From positions 5,828,001 through 5,892,000 of the forward strand of contig OZ059898.1 in assembly GCA_964057225.1 (NCBI GenBank): a stretch of 64,000 nucleotides of DNA. Direction: 5' to 3'. Below are positions 12,301 through 22,300 of the stretch, piece by piece. Source of the stretch: Auanema rhodensis. Its lineage: Eukaryota; Animalia; Nematoda. The position numbers and the translations under genes are program-made. Position 1 is the first letter of the stretch. Each line of letters starts with the position of its first letter. Under the pieces are notes generated by a model, which had not been told where the DNA came from, ran no database searches, and saw nothing but the letters and a program-made list of their open reading frames with translations.

Positions 12301-15300
12301 GAAATATGAACAAGCGGCCATTGCTTGGTTGCTTGCGTCAGCGAAGACCCATAACTGTGTTTCATGTTCAGAAAACTTAAAATATCTGTTCATGGTTAAT
12401 TGCTTATTGTTAATCTGAGTAATATGTTGTTCCCATTGCTTGATACTGTTTGAGTCAATGGGTTGGTCCCATGATAATTTTGTGCTAATGATTTCTCGCA
12501 AGATAAGTTTGAGGAGTAACAGTATTGGTGCTGATAATCCAATGGGATCAAATATTGAATGTAACTGACTGAGTAGAATTCTCTTGGTGTAACTTGTGTG
12601 AGTCGTTGTTATTTTTATTGGGATAATGAAGGAGTCGTGTTCTTTATTAAAAGATATGCCAAGTATTTTGGTTGTCATGTTCGGATATCTGTCTTCTTCA
12701 GGAAGGTTCTGTATTACTTGTTCATCGTTTGACAAGAATTCGCGAACATGCATGTTTATTTCTGAGAATAGTGTTTGGGTTTCTTTACATTTTTTTATAG
12801 CTTCTTCGGTTGTATTTGCTGTAAGAATGATATTGTCGACGTATAAGTTGTGCAGGATTTCCATAGCTAATGGGTTGTCTACTTTTGATTCTAAGAACCA
12901 TTTTATGCCCATGTTCAATACGCTGGGGGATGCAGTGATACCGAATGGTAATCTGTTGAATCGAAGGGTTATGATATTATTGTGTGATATTGGGTATTCT
13001 TTGTTTTTTATCCAAAAGAATTTGCATAAATTCTTGTGATTTTCTGTCAATTGTACTTGTAGAAATGCGGCTTTAATATCGCATGTTATTATTATTGGTC
13101 TTGTTCTGCAGGAGATCATGATGTCGTGTATATATGTGATAAATGATCGTCCTGTGTGTATTATCTCATTCAACGATGGGCTATCCTTCTGTTTAGCGGA
13201 GGCGTCAAAAACGATTCTGAGAGGGTTAGCCTTGCTGGGCTTCCAAACCCCATGGTGGGGCATATAAAACTCTAAAGGCTCCTGGTGATTGTTGGGAATT
13301 TGTTCAACAATGTTATCTTTGAGGTAACTTTCAATGGTTGTAGTATAGTGTGAGAGCATTTCTGGATTGTGCAGTAACTTTCGCCATAGGGATACGAATC
13401 TATGGTACGCGGGCATTTTGTTGTTTTTGAGATTTTTGAAGTTATTTTTTAACGGGAACGGTGCAATAATACGGTTGTTCTCAATTTTTATATCTTTTGA
13501 GTATTCTTCATAGTAATCAATAGTGCGGTCTGCGTTGGCATTTTCTGTATTGATGCCGATAGAATCCAGTTCAAACAGATTAGTGAGGAGTTCTTTATGA
13601 GAGGTTTCTTTTGTTATCTCTTCTAATGTAGAGCATAATATTACTTCTTGTTGTGTATTATCATCGGGAAGAGGAGCTTCCCCATGTATCATGTGGCCGA
13701 ATACCGAGTTTTTCAATCTCATACGTGAGGGGAGTTCGGTTTCTTCGTTTAAGTGCATGAATAGTTTGTATCTATCCATACCTATCAGTATATCCGGAGT
13801 AAATGATTCTCCGTTTGTTTTTGGATTGGCTAATTTAATTTTTCTTCTTTGTATGAATTTTAAGTCTTCATTAGATAGTTTAGGACACCGTATAGGTGTG
13901 GTTAACATGGGTTTTGTGAACAGTTTTGTTACGATAAGGGATCCAGTTGAGGTTCCAATAATTACCTTAACATCTTCAACTTCATGTGTTTCTGATAATG
14001 CTCCAATGCCGTAAAAGGTTCTCTTCTGAGAACCAAGAATGGGCAGTCCTAATCTTGTAGATAGGTCCTTGGATATAAAAGATCTCATGGATCCTTCATC
14101 TATGAGCATGCGTACTTGCTCATATTTTTTACTATTGTGGTTGTATATGTTCGCCATTGCTGTTCGTAATATTACTTGACTTTCTTCAATATTATGTGTG
14201 TCAGCAATGTGATTAAGCGATACTGGTGCATTAAGTGCCTCAGTAGGGATTCGATTATTAGTGTCAGATTCTTGTTTATATTCTGTTGTTTTTTTATTCA
14301 ATAATTCTTCTGTGGTGATCAGTAAAGCCTGATCTTTTTTAATTGTGGGAGTTTCTTTATCTTTTTGGATATTTTGTACACTTTTTCTTCCTTGTGAGCA
14401 CAAGGCGGAATTATGATCTCCTTGGCAATTGCGACATTTTTGTTTTCTGCATTCCGAACTTTTGTGTTTATCGGAAAAGCAAATCCAACAGATGGCCTTT
14501 CCGCGAATGCGGTACCTTCTTTTCTCTGGTGTTTCAAATGTGGTGCATTGATAAAAACGATGCTCGGATGAGTCGCAAAAGACACATGGCCAAGTTTGGG
14601 TTTTCCGTTGTTCTGCAGTGCTGTCTTTATGTGAAACAGATGTGACATTGTCTTTGTGATTTCGAAACTTTTGTTCATGACTATTTCTTGTTTGTTCTTT
14701 TAGAAAAAAGGAATAGATTTTGTGGTCTACAGCTGTCAGCATTTCTTTAGTAGAATGGTAGTTGTTTGGATGAATTAGAATGTCTTCCACGATGTGGTAT
14801 GGGAATTTGTTGAGAATCATCGCGGTACACATTTCGCGGGATACTGTAGCTCCGGCTGCTTCAATTTGCCTGATAAGTGCCTTGGTTTCTCCAAATGTTT
14901 CTTTGCATGCTTTTGCATTATTGCTTGCAAATTTCAAATTACGTAGTTGTGTCAAAAGAGAGTTGATATCCGACGAATAGTCTCCAAATTCAGAAACTAA
15001 TGCTTCACGCATAAGCTCATAATTTTGAGCAGAGGGTTCTATTCCTCTGATTGCTATTTGTGAATCGCCTTTGAGGCTTTCACAGAGTAGGTTTACCTTT
15101 TCTAAGGTTGTAAACTGTTCATTATCATGAACAAGTCTATCAAAACGGCCCCAGAATGATTTGAAGTTCTCTGGTTTGCCATCAAATGTAGGTAGCGACA
15201 TCGCTGGTTTTTGGATACTAGTTTGTTGGATGTGTAGGAATGACTTGATAATTTCCAGAAATTGATCATTCGATTTGTTTTCTGTTTCATTGTTTTCTGT

Positions 15301-15744
15301 TGAGCGATTGCTGTTGTGCTCAGATTCATTCTTATGAAGCGTTTTTCTCAGCTTTCTAAGTATGCGTTCGGCTTTCATGATGTGTTCGTCAAGCTCAATA
15401 ATGGCGTTTTGAACCTTTTTAATGTTGGGTTCAAAGTCTTCATCGGATGTGAAGGCGATGTACTGTTCGTCTAATGCTTTACGAAGCGTTTTGTCTGATG
15501 CTTCGTAAAATTTTTGGAATTTTTTCTCGTTATCTTGATGATTTTTCAACGATTCTTTGAATTGGTGTTGGACTTTTGTCCAGCGAATGATAAGGCAAGA
15601 GAGGGTTTCCTCTTCTTCCTCAGTGTGGAAGTCGCAATCTACCAGAATACCAGGAAGGTCCTTCACTTCCATCTCGTATCGTGTAAGTAATTCTCCGAGA
15701 AACTGGTTAGACTGTTTGATATGATTGACAAAAAGGAGTGACAT
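7813..15744 (-). CDS. BEL/Pao gag-protease-RT-RNaseH-integrase-env polyprotein (about 2640 aa from the first ATG)
   Basis: Gag LPTFDGKPENFKSFW plus three zinc knuckles; protease LIDEGSMRSFI (14092-14100); RT DIKAAFLQ, RLPFG, LYVDN (12832-12843); RNase H FADAS and TIPRLELLA; integrase H-H-C-C, DLMGPF, SDCAGNF, WERLVG; C-terminal Cys-rich glycoprotein with TM anchor. No stops or frameshifts. The track start at 15873 is a TTG. Confidence 0.96.
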   Translation of the reverse strand: MSLLFVNHIKQSNQFLGELLTRYEMEVKDLPGILVDCDFHTEEEEETLSCLIIRWTKVQHQFKESLKNHQDNEKKFQKFYEASDKTLRKALDEQYIAFTSDEDFEPNIKKVQNAIIELDEHIMKAERILRKLRKTLHKNESEHNSNRSTENNETENKSNDQFLEIIKSFLHIQQTSIQKPAMSLPTFDGKPENFKSFWGRFDRLVHDNEQFTTLEKVNLLCESLKGDSQIAIRGIEPSAQNYELMREALVSEFGDYSSDINSLLTQLRNLKFASNNAKACKETFGETKALIRQIEAAGATVSREMCTAMILNKFPYHIVEDILIHPNNYHSTKEMLTAVDHKIYSFFLKEQTRNSHEQKFRNHKDNVTSVSHKDSTAEQRKTQTWPCVFCDSSEHRFYQCTTFETPEKRRYRIRGKAICWICFSDKHKSSECRKQKCRNCQGDHNSALCSQGRKSVQNIQKDKETPTIKKDQALLITTEELLNKKTTEYKQESDTNNRIPTEALNAPVSLNHIADTHNIEESQVILRTAMANIYNHNSKKYEQVRMLIDEGSMRSFISKDLSTRLGLPILGSQKRTFYGIGALSETHEVEDVKVIIGTSTGSLIVTKLFTKPMLTTPIRCPKLSNEDLKFIQRRKIKLANPKTNGESFTPDILIGMDRYKLFMHLNEETELPSRMRLKNSVFGHMIHGEAPLPDDNTQQEVILCSTLEEITKETSHKELLTNLFELDSIGINTENANADRTIDYYEEYSKDIKIENNRIIAPFPLKNNFKNLKNNKMPAYHRFVSLWRKLLHNPEMLSHYTTTIESYLKDNIVEQIPNNHQEPLEFYMPHHGVWKPSKANPLRIVFDASAKQKDSPSLNEIIHTGRSFITYIHDIMISCRTRPIIITCDIKAAFLQVQLTENHKNLCKFFWIKNKEYPISHNNIITLRFNRLPFGITASPSVLNMGIKWFLESKVDNPLAMEILHNLYVDNIILTANTTEEAIKKCKETQTLFSEINMHVREFLSNDEQVIQNLPEEDRYPNMTTKILGISFNKEHDSFIIPIKITTTHTSYTKRILLSQLHSIFDPIGLSAPILLLLKLILREIISTKLSWDQPIDSNSIKQWEQHITQINNKQLTMNRYFKFSEHETQLWVFADASNQAMAACSYFQTNGKISSLLNGKSRIAPKNKTTIPRLELLAIRLAVRMALSIVTICPKIAKVNIVSDSNIALSWIVSQKSLPLFINNQTNTIKKQLKQIEQICCNIELYHVQTSFNTADIGSRGADMEKLQVSDWIEGPHWLTKLSVHNPLTSLGSPNNSSRNNAELKSEHHNVVHIIIDNPPTHDIWNIRENYDDVIKTMTTVGKLFKKWFFTVHPNDANKLQKIKHLTSTDTHTVEDINIIEKILISNSQSNMSLDDLQQRHINLKFFKDTWDIYRVRSRLQNTLLPEETKNPIFLLKTNPIVKKLINKIHKDNNHQGKHFTLIQLRQKFYIPKITGVIKQTLKNCVTCKRFQSHPYELPDMPSLPKDRTILTRAFFSTGCDLMGPFTLRNGSKVHICLFTCMTTRAIHLEVVTNQSTVAFMNAFTRFISRRGTPEIMRSDCAGNFILSSKILETLEKTSDYNERSLLNTLAQQKIKWIYNTPLSPWKGGCWERLVGVTKASLKKCFIPSRMSLDDLHTAIVKIEAIINTRPLTHPHPDNLDTLPIRPIDFLTSAIKFSLPENNADTHIFDIHSDIQTIQSTEQALEALQLSEDSASKFWKRFQEEYLTSLKDIFKHKHHRKNHTNIFPQPDEIVLIQNDMLPRGTWKLGRIIETITSSDGNIRSAKVATSNGNIIIRSINQLYPLEIRCNTNSNKIIEDNSHIVQENNSSTDRTPHTDIVLDNILFDHPIEHTDQTIHENKDINDVSHNYDIAYDSDNSQHDNTYTPETENNEDATNDRPQNKTKQSSVKTAKHTEQDDVTEKEIIKAFPLKMSYATHQRKNKINPKVAADIMKALSLPIIITSTYAEEINSCKDSNMFTTKLIANPHCSPEMATWTVLITIMAVTLIVSCLCRMGYSQYRYKTWSKNTQTMLNIMKLKHKTISEQEDHETDQKITEDHNDTLQLKQTNTQDANIVDHETFQKHIYPILNHTRKPPKFSLFTRGSQTSLPSLLAIILALCIGSCSSCSDVHVQHFVNIRCDDNLACYHEYSQDIIFSPGTKQLCITITHSNHEIGQFKITKLYTEHVCQKNTRYFTRQTTVNILSILRCRHRGSCDGTCETNSLHNKIEELQPYTFPSQSGCFTSSARFYTCPMIWTDPCLFYKIEHIPVTEEVYEVYTCDSWSTQTVFNIETTLLQQKNNYNITLQPHTKNREQLFNITTLSQSQPPPEMYTKLFFSSKENTYITDIHTKGIIQCATEEAALKHFNNCTVSSFCPCTFNRFDEIKCRCDTPTFEKMSNTSDIKSPNQNFKTKDNTLSFSTNLDENLVTVDSSLFLNSVIFSNNLPCAPALTKLSGCYSCGQGAFAEFQCLTAEETWISIECQKEVFMIKCSPKVAITKVTMKRENSQIDELCYTTCDNKKIKIIIKGILHHIASIDEINESDSSKGTESKSIDFAPIFKLILSKLGIILIGVAITATIGYVACTPIMYCVVLNTVLTTQWIATRIFTLWIKSKALFRDQRF

Positions 15745-16007
15745 TTTTGTCGTAGATGTAGGAATAACGCTTATATTCCTTTTACTTTCTCTTTTTTTTT
15801 TGTTTGTTTGGTGATCACAGTATATGTGATAGTGAATCTCTGTTTCTGTCTGCAGAGTTTGCTTATGGTTCAAGTCTTTTTGGTGTGACTTGACGTGGAC
15901 TAATGGTTGCCACGATTTCTATTAAGTATGTTTTTTGCTCAAACACGCTTGGTTTGAGCTGTATCTCACCTGCCACGCGGGACTTGAAGCGGCTAAGATC
16001 TGAACTA

Positions 16008-16019
16008 GCCGATGCACCA
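16008..16019 (-). other. Primer-binding site complementary to the 3' end of tRNA-Gly(GCC)
   Basis: Minus strand TGGTGCATCGGC, 3 nt after the 5' LTR; complementary to ...GCCGATGCACCA. Confidence 0.85.
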
Positions 16020-16022
16020 ATT

Positions 16023-16270
16023 TGTGGCGATCTACCACAAGTGTATAGTATGGTTGGAAGTAAAACACAAATTGAATATGTAGAAAAGGGTTTATTGATG
16101 AATTAACAAGACAAGCACGGAATAAAATCACTGACTGCGAACGTTGAAAATGTAAGTCTGATCTCTTCTCGTGGGCGGTCGTCAGCCTGAAACAAAGAGT
16201 TAGTCATGCCACATGTATAACACAACATGTGGTATGGATAAAAATTACTTAGGAAGTTACAAGAAAGAAG

Positions 16271-16310
<40 letters not shown>

Positions 16311-16375
16311 AGGAAAGACAAATAAAACAATTGTTGAAGATAAAATTTATACAAACTCACTCGCTTATCGCGACA
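16023..16375 (-). repeat. 5' LTR of the BEL/Pao element
   Basis: 353 bp; no differences from 6621-6973 seen by eye; followed on the minus strand by the PBS. Confidence 0.96.
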
Positions 16376-19300
16376 AAGAACAGAAAAATATGACTTCTGA
16401 TACCTCTGATAAGAGAGAAAATCATATTCTTAATGACTTGTAGCTCTAATACTTCACTGTAAGTAAGAAAAACTAAAACATATGATCTCGGGCGGGCTCG
16501 AACCGCCGGCCTTCTGTGTGTTAGACAGATGTGATAACCACTACACCACGAGATCGCTGATAGTTCTCTTTTCATAGAAAATCATATTCTGATTAGCTTA
16601 TGTTTATGACACCAAAATGTTCCGTCAAGAACAGAAAAATATGACTTCTGATACCTCTGATATGAGAGAAAATCATATTCTTAATGACTTGTAGCTCTAA
16701 TACTTCACTGTAAGTAAGAAAAACTAAAACATATGATCTCGGGCGGGCTCGAACCGCCGGCCTTCTGTGTGTTAGACAGATGTGATAACCACTACACCAC
16801 GAGATCCCTGATAGCTCTATTTTCATAGAAAATCATATGCTGATTAGCCTATGGTTATGACACAAAAATATTCTGTCAAGAACTGAAAGATATGACTTCT
16901 GATACCTCTGATATGAGAGAAAATCATATTCTTAATGACTTTTAGCTCTGTTACTTCACTGTAAGTAAAAAAAACTAAAACATATGATCTCGGGCGGGCT
17001 CGAACCGCCGGCCTTCTGTGTGTTAGACAGATGTGATAACCACTACACCACGAGATCGCTGATAGTTCTCTTTTCATAGAAAATCATATTCTGATTAGCT
17101 TATGTTTATGACACCAAAATGTTCCGTCAAGAACAGAAAAATATGACTTCTGATACCTCTGATAAGAGAGAAAATCATATTCTTAATGACTTGTAGCTCT
17201 GTTACTTCACTGTAAGTAAAAAAAACTAAAACATATGATCTCGGGCGGGCTCGAACCGCCGGCCTTCTGTGTGTTAGACAGATGTGATAACCACTACACC
17301 ACGAGATCCCTGATAGCTCTATTTTCATAGAAAATCATATGCTGATTAGCCTATGGTTATGACACAAAAATATTCTGTCAAGAACTGAAAGATATGACTT
17401 CTGATACCTCTGATATGAGAGAAAATCATATTCTTAATGACTTGTAGCTCTGTTACTTCACTGTAAGTAAAAAAAACTAAAACATATGATCTCGGGCGGG
17501 CTCGAACCGCCGGCCTTCTGTGTGTTAGACAGATGTGATAACCACTTCACCACGAGATCGCTGTTAGCTCTATTTTCATAGAAAATCATATTCTGATTAG
17601 CTTATGTTTATGACACAAAAATGTTCGGTCAAGAACTGAAAAATATGACTTCTGATACCTTTGATAAGAGAGAACATCATATTCTTAATGACTTGTAGCT
17701 CTAATACTTCACTGTAAGTAAGAAAAACTAAAACATATGATCTCGGGCGGGCTCGAACCGCCGGCCTTCTGTGTGTTAGACAGATGTGATAACCACTACA
17801 CCACGAGATCGCTGATACATCTCTTATCATACGAAATCATATTCTGATTAGCTTATGGTTATGACACAAAAATGTTCGGTCAAGAACTGAAAAATATGAT
17901 TTCTGATACTTCTGATATGGGAGAAAATCAAATTCTTATTGACTTGTAGCTCTGATACTTCACTGTAAGTAAGAAAAACTAAAACATATGATCTCGGGCG
18001 GGCTCGAACCGCCGGCCTTCTGTGTGTTAGACAGATGTGATAACCACTACACCACGAGATCGCTGGTAGTTCTCTTTTCATAGAAAATCATATTCTGATT
18101 AGCTTATGTTTATGACACCAAAATGTTCCGTCAAGAACAGAAAAATATGACTTCTGATACCTCTGATATGAGAGAAAATCATATTCTTAATGACTTGTAG
18201 CTCTGTTACTTCACTGTAAGTAAAAAAAACTAAAACATATGATCTCGGGCGGGCTCGAACCGCCGGCCTTCTGTGTGTTAGACAGATGTGATAACCACTA
18301 CACCACGAGATCGCTGATAGTTCTCTTTTCATAGAAAATCATATTCTGATTAGCTTATGTTTATGACACCAAAATGTTCCGTCAAGAACAGAAAAATATG
18401 ACTTCTGATACCTCTGATAAGAGAGAAAATCATATTCTTAATGACTTGTAGCTCCTCTGTTACTTCACTGTAAGTAAAAAAAACTAAAACATATGATCTC
18501 GGGCGGGCTCGAACCGCCGGCCTTCTGTGTGTTAGACAGATGTGATAACCACTACACCACGAGATCCCTGATAGCTCTATTTTCATAGAAAATCATATGC
18601 TGATTAGCCTATGGTTATGACACAAAAATATTCTGTCAAGAACTGAAAGATATGACTTCTGATACCTCTGATATGAGAGAAAATCATATTCTTAATGACT
18701 TGTAGCTCTGTTACTTCACTGTAAGTAAAAAAAACTAAAACATATGATCTCGGGCGGGCTCGAACCGCCGGCCTTCTGTGTGTTAGACAGATGTGATAAC
18801 CACTACACCACGAGATCGCTGTTAGCTCTATTTTCATAGAAAATCATATTCTGATTAGCTTATGTTTATGACACAAAAATGTTCGGTCAAGAACTGAAAA
18901 ATATGACTTCTGATACCTTTGATAAGAGAGAACATCATATTCTTAATGACTTGTAGCTCTAATACTTCACTGTAAGTAAGAAAAACTAAAACATATGATC
19001 TCGGGCGGGCTCGAACCGCCGGCCTTCTGTGTGTTAGACAGATGTGATAACCACTACACCACGAGATCGCTGATACATCTCTTATCATACGAAATCATAT
19101 TCTGATTAGCTTATGGTTATGACACAAAAATGTTCGGTCAAGAACTGAAAAATATGATTTCTGATACTTCTGATATGGGAGAAAATCAAATTCTTATTGA
19201 CTTGTAGCTCTGATACTTCACTGTAAGTAAGAAAAACTAAAACATATGATCTCGGGCGGGCTCGAACCGCCGGCCTTCTGTGTGTTAGACAGATGTGATA

Positions 19301-22300
19301 ACCACTACACCACGAGATCGCTGATAGTTCTCTTTTCATAGAAAATCATATTCTGATTAGCTTATGTTTATGACACCAAAATGTTCCGTCAAGAACAGAA
19401 AAATATGACTTCTGATACCTCTGATAAGAGAGAAAATCATATTCTTAATGACTTGTAGCTCTGTTACTTCACTGTAAGTAAAAAAAACTAAAACATATGA
19501 TCTCGGGCGGGCTCGAACCGCCGGCCTTCTGTGTGTTAGACAGATGTGATAACCACTACACCACGAGATCGCTGATAGTTCTCTTTTCATAGAAAATCAT
19601 ATTCTGATTAGCTTATGTTTATGACACCAAAATGTTCCGTCAAGAACAGAAAAATATGACTTCTGATACCTCTGATATGAGAGAAAATCATATTCTTAAT
19701 GACTTGTAGCTCTAATACTTCACTGTAAGTAAGAAAAACTAAAACATATGATCTCGGGCGGGCTCGAACCGCCGGCCTTCTGTGTGTTAGACAGATGTGA
19801 TAACCACTACACCACGAGATCCCTGATAGCTCTATTTTCATAGAAAATCATATGCTGATTAGCCTATGGTTATGACACAAAAATATTCTGTCAAGAACTG
19901 AAAGATATGACTTCTGATACCTCTGATATGAGAGAAAATCATATTCTTAATGACTTTTAGCTCTGTTACTTCACTGTAAGTAAAAAAAACTAAAACATAT
20001 GATCTCGGGCGGGCTCGAACCGCCGGCCTTCTGTGTGTTAGACAGATGTGATAACCACTACACCACGAGATCGCTGATAGTTCTCTTTTCATAGAAAATC
20101 ATATTCTGATTAGCTTATGTTTATGACACCAAAATGTTCCGTCAAGAACAGAAAAATATGACTTCTGATACCTCTGATAAGAGAGAAAATCATATTCTTA
20201 ATGACTTGTAGCTCTGTTACTTCACTGTAAGTAAAAAAAACTAAAACATATGATCTCGGGCGGGCTCGAACCGCCGGCCTTCTGTGTGTTAGACAGATGT
20301 GATAACCACTACACCACGAGATCCCTGATAGCTCTATTTTCATAGAAAATCATATGCTGATTAGCCTATGGTTATGACACAAAAATATTCTGTCAAGAAC
20401 TGAAAGATATGACTTCTGATACCTCTGATATGAGAGAAAATCATATTCTTAATGACTTGTAGCTCTGTTACTTCACTGTAAGTAAAAAAAACTAAAACAT
20501 ATGATCTCGGGCGGGCTCGAACCGCCGGCCTTCTGTGTGTTAGACAGATGTGATAACCACTACACCACGAGATCGCTGATAGTTGTCTTTTCATAGAAAA
20601 TCATATTCTGATTAGCTTATGTTTATGACACCAAAATGTTCCGTCAAGAACAGAAAAATATGACTTCTGATACCTCTGATAAGAGAGAAAATCATATTCT
20701 TAATGACTTGTAGCTCTGTTACTTCACTGTAAGTAAAAAAAACTAAAACATATGATCTCGGGCGGGCTCGAACCGCCGGCCTTCTGTGTGTTAGACAGAT
20801 GTGATAACCACTACACCACGAGATCCCTGATAGCTCTATTTTCATAGAAAATCATATGCTGATTAGCCTATGGTTATGACACAAAAATATTCTGTCAAGA
20901 ACTGAAAGATATGACTTCTGATACCTCTGATATGAGAGAAAATCATATTCTTAATGACTTGTAGCTCTGTTACTTCACTGTAAGTAAAAAAAACTAAAAC
21001 ATATGATCTCGGGCGGGCTCGAACCGCCGGCCTTCTGTGTGTTAGACAGATGTGATAACCACTACACCACGAGATCGCTGATAGTTGTCTTTTCATAGAA
21101 AATCATATTCTGATTAGCTTATGTTTATGACACCAAAATGTTCCGTCAAGAACAGAAAAATATGACTTCTGATACCTCTGATAAGAGAGAAAATCATATT
21201 CTTAATGACTTGTAGCTCTGTTACTTCACTGTAAGTAAAAAAAACTAAAACATATGATCTCGGGCGGGCTCGAACCGCCGGCCTTCTGTGTGTTAGACAG
21301 ATGTGATAACCACTACACCACGAGATCGCTGTTAGCTCTATTTTCATAGAAAATCATATTCTGATTAGCTTATGTTTATGACACAAAAATGTTCGGTCAA
21401 GAACTGAAAAATATGACTTCTGATACCTTTGATAAGAGAGAACATCATATTCTTAATGACTTGTAGCTCTAATACTTCACTGTAAGTAAGAAAAACTAAA
21501 ACATATGATCTCGGGCGGGCTCGAACCGCCGGCCTTCTGTGTGTTAGATAGATGTGATAACCACTACACCACGAGATCGCTGATAGCCATCTTTTCATAG
21601 AAAATCATATTCTGATTAGCTTATGGTTATGACACAAAAATGTTCGGTCAAGAACTGAAAAATATGACTTCTGATACCTTTGATAAGAGAGAACATCATA
21701 TTCTTAATGACTTGTAGCTCTAATACTTCACTGTAAGTAAGAAAAACTAAAACATATGATCTCGGGCGGGCTCGAACCGCCGGCCTTCTGTGTGTTAGAC
21801 AGATGTGATAACCACTACACCACGAGATCGCTGTTAGCTCTATTTTCATAGAAAATCATATTCTGATTAGCTTATGTTTATGACACAAAAATGTTCGGTC
21901 AAGAACTGAAAAATATGACTTCTGATACCTTTGATAAGAGAGAACATCATATTCTTAATGACTTGTAGCTCTAATACTTCACTGTAAGTAAGAAAAACTA
22001 AAACATATGATCTCGGGCGGGCTCGAACCGCCGGCCTTCTGTGTGTTAGACAGATGTGATAACCACTACACCACGAGATCCCTGATAGCTCTATTTTCAT
22101 AGAAAATCATATGCTGATTAGCCTATGGTTATGACACAAAAATATTCTGTCAAGAACTGAAAGATATGACTTCTGATACCTCTGATATGAGAGAAAATCA
22201 TATTCTTAATGACTTTTAGCTCTGTTACTTCACTGTAAGTAAAAAAAACTAAAACATATGATCTCGGGCGGGCTCGAACCGCCGGCCTTCTGTGTGTTAG

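Larger units (their letters stand above)
6621..16375 (-). mobile_element. Full-length BEL/Pao (Belpaoviridae) LTR retrotransposon with env-like gene
   Basis: Two 353-bp direct repeats with TG...CA ends; 5-bp TSD AAGAA at 6616-6620 and 16376-16380; PBS; PPT; polyprotein in PR-RT-RH-IN order with the Pao-type YVDN motif. Confidence 0.97.

Noticed and set aside
14092-14100. Protease active site DEG instead of D(S/T)G as a sign of inactivation
   Set aside because: The catalytic Asp and flanking hydrophobic-D-x-G-S-x-R-S-F-I context are intact, and such variants occur in Pao-type proteases; not enough to call it dead.
7859-15329. Short plus-strand and alternate-frame ORFs within the polyprotein
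   Set aside because: Shadow ORFs of a long coding sequence with no independent motifs.
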